DNA of 64,000 nucleotides from Gnetum montanum (lineage: Eukaryota > Plantae > Gnetophyta), in contig MNCI01000668.1 in the NCBI GenBank assembly GCA_015680685.1, positions 765,175 through 829,174 on the forward strand. Direction: 5' to 3'. Below, in pieces: positions 54,055 through 64,000 of this stretch. A program made the translations under genes and the position numbers. The notes beneath the pieces are model-generated. The model had not been told where the DNA came from. It did no database searches and saw nothing but the letters and a program-made list of their open reading frames with translations. Position 1 is the first letter of the stretch; every line of letters begins with the position of its first letter.

Positions 54055-54637
54055 AAAAAAGATTGTGAACTCTAGAAGCCATAACATTTGATTATAGAAG
54101 CCTTTAGTTCCATGGAACTCCAAAAATTAGTTTTCACCCTTACTTGATATAGTGCCTCAAGACCCTTAAAAGTTTAATTTTTAGCATAATTCGTGCATAC
54201 AATATCCATTTTTAACATATGAATAATCATTTCCAACATTTTTCACCCTTCTAAACTCAATGGTAAGGTTAGACTTATCATTTGAGCATCCAATAATTTG
54301 ATGATATCATAATTTTAACCTTTTTAGCTTTAGGATTTAGTGCTTAACCTTTGCAGATAACCTTAAGATCATTATGGTATGTCATTAGTTACACTGCCAA
54401 AGTTAGTGTTCTTAAGGGAGGTAGAAAGGATGTTAAGATTTAGATAATGTGGTTAATATTACTAAAATTAGATAATGTAGTTAAATATTACAAAAAGTAG
54501 TTGAATAATGTATCAGTATCAATTGATTATCAGTAGATGAATCAATTGGTGTATCAATTGATGAAATAGAATGGTCTTCAATGATCAAGAAGATGTATAT
54601 CAATTCATCCTACAACCAACTCATATAGTAGAACAAC

Positions 54638-55884
54638 ATGAAGATTCAAAATACCATTTCAACAAGGTGTATGATACCAGTAAAAAGAAATGATTCAAAG
54701 GAAAATCCAAGAATGAGAATGAAAGTTGCAACATACAATGTGCTTGCAAGGTCCCCAGTGAGTGAAAAACAACATTTTCTATGTCCATCATGAGCCTTGG
54801 ATTGGCATGAATATTGATACCCATGCATTTTAGCAAAGTTACAAAATTTTGATGCTGATGTTTTATGCCTGCAAGAATTTTTTCCATGGGAGTCTCTATA
54901 CAAATTCCAACTAGACTTGGAAAAGATAGGATACATAGGTATTTACAAGAAAAAAGGTGGTAAAGGGAGTTCTTCTTTTGAGTTGTATAGATGATCATAT
55001 TGCAGAAATCACAACATGGATGGTTGCATGATCTTTTATAAAGAATCCAAGTTTGAATTGGTACGAAGATTTGAATGGAGTTTAGAAAATATGATTTTTG
55101 AAATTATAGAACTTCAAACCATGGAAAGGAAAGAATAGTCATGATTTTGGAGAAATCACATAGCCTTGGCATTGATTTTAAAATTTTAGTTATCAAAAAG
55201 ATGTGTATGTGTGGTTAACATGCATTTAATTGGAAAACCAACATGTTCATATGTTAGACAATGTTAAGGAGCATACTTGATTAAGAAAATAAAATAAAGT
55301 TTGAAAAATAAGTTATTCTTAAGTTATACTGACTTAGTGCCAGTTGTTCTTTGTGGAGACTTTAATGCAAAAGTTGGAAGTGGTGCCTATCAATTCTTAA
55401 AATATGGATGTGTCAAAGAATCCTTGGAAGATGAACTTAATTTGAAGAAGATTTTTCCATCAATTCAACATGCAATTCCATTAGCTAGTGCATAATCTAC
55501 TTACATTTTATCTTCAATAGATAAATTAGATTCTAGAATTTAGGAACAGATGATGTTGAGGATAGTACTCATCAAGAACCACAATTTACCAATTTCTCTG
55601 CTATGATTAATAAAGATGAATCAACAACATTCTTCATTGAGACCTTGGATTATATTTGGTACGATGCCCAATTCTTCCAAGTTACCAAGTTACTAGAGTT
55701 ACTTTCTAAAGAAGAAGTTGAGAAGAATCAAGATCAAGCTTTGCCATCTCAAACAAGGCCATCTGATCATATATCACTTATGGTAGAATTACAATTACTC
55801 CCATCAATTCATAAGGTTGATCAAGATCAAGAAGTATCTCACCCTTACTTTATTGATGATCTTATTATTTTATTCATTATTTAA
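54638..55884 (+). pseudogene. CCR4/CNOT6-family (EEP) deadenylase nuclease domain, intronless, disrupted
   Basis: Motifs in order: KVATYNVLA, CPS*ALDW, DADVLCLQE, DGCMIFYKESKF, VPVVLCGDFN...SGAYQFL, EPQFTNFS, FIETLDYIWY, LPSQTRPSDHISLMVEL. Several stops and frameshifts. Confidence 0.88.
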
Positions 55885-58800
55885 TTTATATTTCAATTAG
55901 ATAAGTAAAATATCTAAGATAATAAAAAATGGGAATAAATAATTTTCCCTTCCTTCACTTGGGTAACCAAATACAAGTTGCACTTTGTGTGACCTTGGTT
56001 AAGATTGGTGATTGTTGGTTGTTAAATCTATAATTCACCTTTTATCATTATCGTAGAAAATGAAGTAAGTATCAAGAAAGTAATATTTAATTTTCCATAT
56101 AATTCTTCTCACATATATCTTATTTNGTTAATAAGACTCAAAAGGATGCATTATAATAATGAACATCTCTCTCGAGGTGATCTTTGGGGTTTTAACCTAA
56201 GGCATTTATACCTAGGCTTAAAGGTCATGCGAGACATGGAGTGGTGGAGCTAGTATAGGCAAGTGATGAGAGCTAGGTAAAGTGGGACAAGAAGCTAATT
56301 GGCCATTTCTTCTAGCTAGTAATAGGCCTAACCATGGTGGCAATGCTGGAATGCCTCTAAGGGATGGATGCCAAAGGAAGAAAACCCCAAGGAACACTCT
56401 TAAATTATGATCTGGATACACTGTTCTATATCAATAAAGTATTCTTTTCTTTCTCTTTCTGCACTTTTCTTTGTCATTTTTATGCATAATGTTGAATGGT
56501 ACATATATTTGACATTTGGTATATTGTCTTCTTATGCATAATGTCTAATATAACATATATATGATGTTTGCCATGACATTCGGGGATGGGATGTCACAAA
56601 AAGCTAGTAAGTTCTTTATAATTTGGAAAAAGGAAGTACTGCAACAGATATCTATAAGTTGAGGTTATATTATGTTCTTTCTAATTTATCAAAAATCATA
56701 GTAATTATAGTTGTGCAACTTTGTGAAATGATAACTTAGAAGTTATTAGGTTTTTTATATTAATATTTCAACTAAACCTTTTACATATATTACCTTTTAA
56801 ATAAATCTAATATTGCATCAAATTGTTGTGCGCTGAGAAAGAAACAATTTAAACATTGACTATCATTCATTTTGGTAAAAATTCAGGATGTATAAAATTT
56901 ATCAAATTATAGAGCTAATTTTGCCCAAACCTAAATAGATATTAAAATAAAATTTTAGTTGCACATAGCCACATGTTCTCTATTTTTTAATAAATCTAGA
57001 ATTACTTATAAATGTTGCAAAATGATTGAGATATGATCAAAATAGTGAATGTCTCCAATTTTGACTATTCAACTTCTATGTTTGGGTAAATAATAATGAA
57101 TGATATTGATGAATTAATAATGAAATTGTGAAATTCTTGCTAAACTTATATTGATGAATCTATTATAAAAATTTCCAAGAGATGCCTTGGATATATAAAT
57201 GTGATAAGGGGGGCAAAGTTTACTAAATATAATATAATATAGCTCCAATGAAAAAAGCTTTCAAAATTAAATATATATATGGATTTAGGCTAAAATGATA
57301 TTATTGTTACCCATCAATCTAGAAATTTTTTATATTTTCTTAGAGTAACCTCCTATTGTATAACAAAAATAAAAAATTTATTGTCTTATACTATAAAAAA
57401 CCAATTAATTCATTCATGTGAGGTAAAGTACCAAATGCCTCCAACAAGCTTCCGAAGGCCCTAGAACATATTGAATACTTCTCAAAATTTTCAAGACACA
57501 AAGGTAACACACACAAAAATTATTTTAGGATTACAAAAGGACTAGGTAATTTCTTTATTAATCATGTTAGCAATATATATTTGGATGTATCTATAGATAA
57601 TTTATTTTAACTTTAAATAACTTCAGTATTTTGGCATATTGTTAAATTATAGCATTAAATTTGGTCAATCATATTAGCTTTTATTGTATATTTGCAATTA
57701 CATATTCTAAATTAAAATCTTGAAATTTAATTAGTCATGTCAACTATTGTTTTACATTATCTCCAGTTTATAAGTAATATAGAAATTTTATGTCATATAT
57801 CATTAGTTTTTCTTTTTATACTAGGTACCTTTATATATATTTTCTTCCATTAGTTAACTTTAAAATTATTTAGAAAAAAAGGAAAAACCAAAAAAACAAA
57901 TAAATCATTGATGTTAATAATGATGAGCTTGAGAAAGACCAATGTAGATCAATGCATGATATATTCCTAGAAAGTTCTCTTTCTACATTGTAGGACAATA
58001 TATTCTATATGAATTTACTATTTTTGTATTCTTAAAACCAAAAGATATTGGATATTACTTAAATAGATTCTAAAATGAAGAATACATGTAGTTAATTAGG
58101 TGTTGATCACTTCACACTATATAGAAGACACATGTCATTTTGATAGCATTGGAGAATTCAAATAGTAAAAAGGGACACTAGAATTGAATTCCAAACATAG
58201 TAAAAATAATTAGAAAAGTACATTAATAACTTGCATTAATCAAAAGGGTACTAATAAAACCAAAGTAACAAAAATGCTAGAAAGTACATAATTTGCTTAG
58301 AATCAAATTCCAAATTTAACATCTAAGGTTCTGGTTTAGAATTAATGTTATTACTACTAGCATCTATTTTACTTGAAAGAAAAAAAAGGGAAATGTCAAT
58401 CATGATGACTAAGTATAAGAAATAAATTATAGATATTCATTGAATAATTTTGAAATAAATATTAAGAATCTAGAGAATCATGCACATGGGTTGTTGCATC
58501 ACATGTAGGTTAACATCTCTAAAGTAATAATAATATAATTTGCAATCATGAAATTATCATTAAATAAAAAAAAAAGAATTATGTCAAGTACCACCAAGCC
58601 CTAATATTTATCCTTTAAGAGTAGCATATACTCAATTTTAACATCTAAATTATTTTCATGTTGGATGTTTACTCAATGTGTAATTAAGATTTTAACCCCT
58701 TTACCCTATCAACTACTGTGTCTATAAGATTTCATTCAAGTATTTTATATCTAGTACTAAAGAGTAGCCAGAATCCTTTGATTTACATCCCCTTGAAGCT

Positions 58801-59489
58801 TCTAGAACTTGCCAAGAGTTAAACTCATCTAGTCTATACTTCCCTCTTACATCTAGGATTGGAGTTTAAAAGAAAAGTCATAGTTGTTGTAAAATCAAAT
58901 GGTAGCATTGCTTGTCCCAAGATTTTCCATAACTAATTAACCACTTCCTTCTACTAGCTTAATCATCATCATCAAATCAATTAGCAACTACAAAAGCTAT
59001 GATATAAACATTAATAACAATAGTGCATAATTCATGATATCCCATGATGATGGGGATCATATGTATTTACTATATACTATCTTGGAAAAATCTTGCAAAA
59101 GTTTCTATCTATCTCTTCAGGTTGCTAGATTAGTATTATGCTCTTCTTAGTAATTCTTGTTATTCTAGTTGAGTTTTATATTCAAGTATCATGTTATCAT
59201 TTCAATTTTCTTTTGTTTAGTTTTATCTTATTCCACTATGTTCTAACATTGCAACCTTTGCATAGAGTCCTTAGATAGCAAGGGTGGCTAATTTTATGTT
59301 TGTTGTGCCTAATCTATATTTCATAGTTTTTTGTAAGAAGCATCATGATTTTCATTATAACTTATTACTATTCATCATGATCCCTAGCAAAAGCCATAAT
59401 GAATGGACATAAATTATGAGTTGGCCATGCAAGGGATGACAAAAGTTTTAATAAAGCCAATACATCTTATGATGTACCTAAATAGCCAC

Positions 59490-59781
59490 TAAAGATGCTG
59501 AAGCTCATTCAGATAAGTTACAAGAATAGTAGCTTTGATGGTTTGGACATGTGCAAATAATATTTGACAATGAGCCTATAAGTAAAGATTGCTACATCAC
59601 TATTCTAGCAAAGTAATTTGAAAGGAAGACTAAAGAAGACATGGAAAAAAATGATCAAACATGACTTGAAGAAACTATAAATAAACAAACATCTATCTCT
59701 TCATAAAGACAAATTATGAAAAAAAACTCATGTATCCAACCCCATTTTTTTGGGAAAAGGCTAGGATGATGAAGAAGATGA
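59490..59781 (+). mobile_element. 5'-truncated RTE LINE 3' fragment
   Basis: WFGHVQ and KGRLKKTWKKMIKHDL relics. Ends AAGGCTAGGATGATGAAGAAGATG, like the 3' end of the RTE at 4178-4200. Confidence 0.75.
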
Positions 59782-59953
59782 AGTAAGAAAGCAAAAATCA
59801 TATACAATCAACCATATATGCCAAATCTTAATGTAGAATCCCATGTATCATGATCCATCTAATACCTGATATCTATCTACCTATAACTTTAATAAAGTTA
59901 GTGCATATATGCTTTATAAAATAATAAAATATAATTTAATCTTATAAAAATAA

Positions 59954-60339
59954 TGATGATCAATGGGTATTATCTATGCCCAACCATATGAATCACTCGC
60001 ATGTGTGCATGATCCAGTTGAATTATGTGGACTATGTTTAACCAAAGTGGCCTATATTCTTAGATGTGAAATATATGATTACTAGTCATTGTCTTTCCAA
60101 TCATTACTTGTGTTAACTTGTTTGTATGGTTAAGTGTGATAGAGGTGTAAGATGTTTACTTTTTATAATTTTCATTATTTTCTTTATCTACAAAATTATT
60201 AAAGAAAAGAGGATTTGATTATTTAAATTAACTAATTGATTAACTAAAATATCCTAAATGTAGAACATCTATTCCCATTTTTCATATGCATGCTAAATGC
60301 ACACTAACATTACTTAATTACAAAGTGTTTACTACTAAG
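59954..60339 (-). mobile_element. Athila-like LTR fragment interrupted by the Copia at 60340
   Basis: TGATG...CTATGCCCAACCATATGAATCAC...CATGATCCAGTTGAATT, similar to the LTR starts at 19044, 28225, 43288 and 48832. Confidence 0.7.
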
Positions 60340-63300
60340 TGTATGAAGTATCTATTAAGTTATGTGGTGACTGATCCAACATGGATCAAAACTAGTTAGC
60401 AGTAGTGAGCAATAGTTAGCAGTAGTTACTGGTTCCAGCAGTTAGTGGTTCTGGTTCAGTTTTCATTCTCTTCTGTAACGGCCCAAAAACATTCCTATAA
60501 CCATAATTGTATCTAGAAAAAATTATTTAATAACAATTCTCATGAATTTCCAGTGGTGTGCTTGCTTAAACACCACACAAAATTGTGTGTGTTACCTATG
60601 TTTTCTTTTTCTTCGGTTCTTTATCTGTTCCTGAATATAACAACTGGTATCGGAGCAACGGATCAGTGGGAGCAATGACATCCAACGACAGGAAAGTCCG
60701 GATCGACAAATTCGATGGAACAGACTTTGGGTTTTGGAAGATGCAGATTGAAGATTATCTGTATCAAAAGAAGTTGCATGAACCGCTACTAGGGAAGAAG
60801 CCAGATCAAATGGATCAAGAAGATTGGAATCTCTTAGATCGCCAGGCACTTGGTGTGATTAGATTAACATTGGCAAGAAACGTTGCATTCAACATTGTTA
60901 ATGAGACAACCATTGCAGGTTTAATGAAAATGTTGTCAAGTATGTGAAAAGCCATTTGTTGCAAACAAGGTATATTTGATGCATCGGTTGTTCAATATGA
61001 GTGCATCAGTTACAAATCACATCAATGAATTCAATACGATAATTAGTCAATTGAATTCAGTGGAGATCACCTTTGAGGACAAAATCCAAGCATTAATTTT
61101 GTTGTCATCTTTGCCAGAGAGTTGGTCTGCAACAGTGAATGCTGTGAGTAGCTCATCAGGTACTTTAAAATTAAAGTTGAATGATATTCGAGACTTGATT
61201 CTTAGTGAGGAAATTTGCAGAACGGAGTCAAGCGAATCCTCAGGGTCTACTTTGAATATAGAAAGCAGAGGTAGGAGCTCACAACATGGTCAAAACCATG
61301 GTAATGATAGATCAAAGTCCAGAGGTAGAGGAAAATCTAAAAATCACAAGGAAGTTGTTTGTTGGAATTGTGACAAGAAGGGTCACTTTAGAAATTAGTG
61401 TAGGGCACCAAAGAAGAAGAAAAATCACACTCAAGATGATGAATCAGCGAATGCAGCAGAAGAGATTATTGCTGATGCTTTAATTTTCTGTGTGGACAAT
61501 CCCATTGAATCTTGGATTTTGGATTTAGGTGCTTCATTCCACTCCACTCCATGCAAGGAATTGTTACATAATTATGTTGTAGGGAAGTTTGGAAAGGTTT
61601 ATCTTACAGATGATGAACCTTTGGATATTGTGGGGAAGGGTGAAGTTCAAATAAAGACCACCCAAGGGATGCAATGGAAATTGCAAGATGTAAGACATGT
61701 TCATAGACTTAAGAAAAATTTAATCTCCATGAGTCAGATGGATTTGGATGGGTATAAAACAACATTTGGCGATAGATCATGGAAGATTAGCAAGGGAAAC
61801 TTGGTTGTTACACGAGGCAGTAAGGTGGGAACATTGTACATGACTACAACAAAGAAAGATGTAGTTGCAGTTGCTAACTATGATGGTGATTCAGTCTTAT
61901 GGCACTAAAGACTTGGGTACATGAGTGAAAAAGGTATGAAGTTGTTGGCTTCAAAGGGAAAGTTACCAAAGTTTAAGTGTGATGATGTTGGCTTGTGTGA
62001 AGATTGTATTTATGGGAAGCAAAAATGAGTTACTTTCTCAAAGATAGGGAGGATATCATAGACTAAAAAGCTTGAATTGGTGCATTCAGATGTATGGGGG
62101 CTAGCTCCAGTGAAGTCTCTTGGAGGCTTAAGCTGTTATGTCATCTTCATTGATGATTCCACTAGGAAGGTATGGGTTTATTTTCTTAAAAATAAATTTG
62201 ATGTGTTTGCTACTTTTAAAAGGTGGAAAGTTGAAGTAGAAAATCAGACTGGTTTAAAAATAAAATGTCTAAAGTTAGATAATGGAGGGGAATATAACAA
62301 CCAAGAATTCAAGAATTTCTGTTCAGAAAATGGGATCAGGATGATCAAGATAGTTCCAAGAACGCCAGAGCAAAACGGTGTTACTAAATGGATGAATAGA
62401 ACCTTGAATGAAAGAGCTAGGAGCATGAGAATACACTTTGGGCTACCAAAGTTATTTTGGGCAGATGCAGTTAACATAGCAGTCTACCTCATTAATCAAG
62501 CACCTTCAGTTCCATTGGAGTTTAGAATACTAGAGGAGGTATGGACTGGGAAGGAGGTAAATCTTTCACATTTGAAAATTTTTGGGTGTGTCTCATATGT
62601 GCATATTGATTCAAATGATAGAGATAAGCTTGATCTTAAAGCCAAGAGATGTTATTTTATTGGCTATGGTTCTGATAATTTTGGTTATCATTTTTGGGAT
62701 GATCAAAATAGGAAAATTATCATACACAGGGATGCCATTTTTAATGAACACATGGTGTACAAGGATAGGCTCGATTTAGAATCAAACATTGTAGGGAAGC
62801 AAGAAAAGGAATGTGAGAAGGATGAACTGGAAGAGATATTTGAGAGGGATGTGGATGGAAGGACTCAAGAAAATCCTGGAAACAGGATAGCTGAAAATGA
62901 AAATGACGTTGCAGAAACAGCCACACCAGAGCCTCAGTTGAGAAGGTCTACAAGAACACCAAAGCCTATAGAAAGGTACTCTCCCTCGTTACATTACTTA
63001 TTGTTGACTGATGCTGGGGAACCAGAATGTTTGGATGAAGTAATGTAGGCAACAGATTGTGTTGAGTGGGAGGTGGCTATGAGAGATGAGATAAAGTAAC
63101 TCCATAAAAATATGACATGGGCACTAACTGAGTTGCCAGAAGAAAAGAAGGCATTGTAGAATAAGTGGGTGTATAGGGTCAAGGAAGAACATGATGGCAG
63201 CAAAAGATACATAGCAAGGTTAGTAGTTAAGGATTTCCAACAAAAAAATGGAATTGACTATACAGAAATTTTTTCACCTATAGTAAAGTTGACTACCATT

Positions 63301-64000
63301 AGAGTAGTGCTAAGTATTGTGACTGTTGATGATTTGCATCTAGAGCAGCTAGATGTCAAAATTGCATTTCTACATGGTGACCTCGAAGAAGACATTTACA
63401 TGACACAACCAGAAGGCTTCCAAGTTCCAGGGAGGGAAAATATGGTGTGTAAATTGAAGAAAAGCCTGTATGATTTGAAGCAGGCTCAAAGGCAATGGTA
63501 CAAAAAGTTTGATGGATTTATGTGTAAAAATGGCTTTGTTCGAAGTGAGATGGATCACTGCTGCTATTTCAAGAATACTAATGACTGTTATATAATATTG
63601 TTGTTATATGTTGATGATATGCTAGTTGCAGGGACTAGCATGAAGGAGATCAATAGCTTAAAGCAACATTTGGCAAGAAAATTTGAGATGAAAGACTTGG
63701 GGCCAGCTAAGCAAATACTTGGGATGAGAATATCTAGGGATAGATAAGAGGGATTTCTGAAGCTATCTCAAGAAAAGTACATAGGAAAGTTGCTGAAAAA
63801 GTTTAGTCTTCAAGATGCCAAGATCAGAAATACTCCTATGGGAAGCCATGTTCATCTCTCCAAGGAGCAGGCACCAAAGACAGATGAGGAGAGAAAACAC
63901 ATGGCCAAAGTACCTTATGCTTTAGCAGTTGGAAGCTTGATGTATGCTATGGTATGTACTAGGCCAGACATAGCTCATGCAGTGGGAGTTGTTAGCAGGT
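60340..64000 (+). mobile_element. Tnt1/Tto1-like Ty1/Copia retrotransposon (runs off the window)
   Basis: 5' LTR at ~60340-60642 (TG...ACA), PBS TGGTATCGGAGC (60645-60656), polyprotein follows. Confidence 0.92.
60675..64000 (+). pseudogene. Copia gag-pol polyprotein with premature stops
   Basis: IDKFDGTDFGFWKMQIEDYL; CWNCDKKGH zinc knuckle; WILDLGASFH protease; VHSDVWG and TPEQNG integrase; QLDVKIAFLHG and LLLYVDDML RT. Confidence 0.95.

Larger units (their letters stand above)
51298..56598 (+). mobile_element. Non-autonomous LTR element carrying CCR4-like cargo
   Basis: LTRs at 51298-51858 and ~56127-56598 (5' part hidden by the N at 56126). Termini TGTGACATCCC...GGGATGTCACA, Met-like PBS TGGTCTAAGAG (51861-51871) and perfect TSD AAAAG. 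The host Copia LTR rejoins across it. Confidence 0.85.
17909..57406 (-). mobile_element. Old Ty1/Copia LTR retrotransposon split by four nested insertions
   Basis: LTRs at 17909-18701 and 51213-51297+56604-57406 align. Perfect TSD AATTC (17904-17908, 57407-57411). PBS rc TGGTATTAAAGC (51199-51210), PPT rc AAGGAGGGAT (~18702-18712). Domain relics in Copia order: gag/zinc knuckle (~50310-51170), PR SWIIESGCFNHIT (~50150-50190), INT (42400-43020), RT (41846-42270 + 29250-29856), RNase H (29014-29250 + 18800-19043). Confidence 0.88.

Noticed and set aside
54638-55884. EEP domain as a LINE endonuclease or an intact host CCR4 gene
   Set aside because: CPSxALDW, EPQFTN and LDYIWY motifs are CCR4-type and no RT follows. 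Stops, frameshifts and the lack of introns rule out a normal host gene.

Overview
AT-rich, repeat-dominated plant nuclear DNA with no intact host gene. The plastid insert has lost ndhB and has very divergent rps7/ycf2, which suggests a gymnosperm host, most likely a gnetophyte (inference). The window resolves into two nested stacks, each supported by target-site duplications (TSDs) and by coding motifs that rejoin across the insertions. Stack 1 (1882-14874) is a CRM-like Ty3/Gypsy element containing a solo LTR and an RTE LINE, and the LINE itself contains a 2.6-kb solo LTR. Stack 2 (17909-57406) is an old Ty1/Copia element expanded to about 39.5 kb by four insertions. These are a full Athila-like Gypsy, a 12-kb plastid insertion (NUPT: ycf2-trnL-CAA-psi-ndhB-rps7-3'rps12-trnV-rrn16-trnI) inside the RT, a gag-only Athila-like element, and a 5.3-kb LTR element with no recognisable gag-pol. 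That last element carries an intronless CCR4-type deadenylase sequence and a 5S rRNA-derived segment, and is the most unusual feature here. A Tnt1-like Copia runs off the right end. All coordinates were read by eye, and boundaries not anchored by TSDs are approximate.
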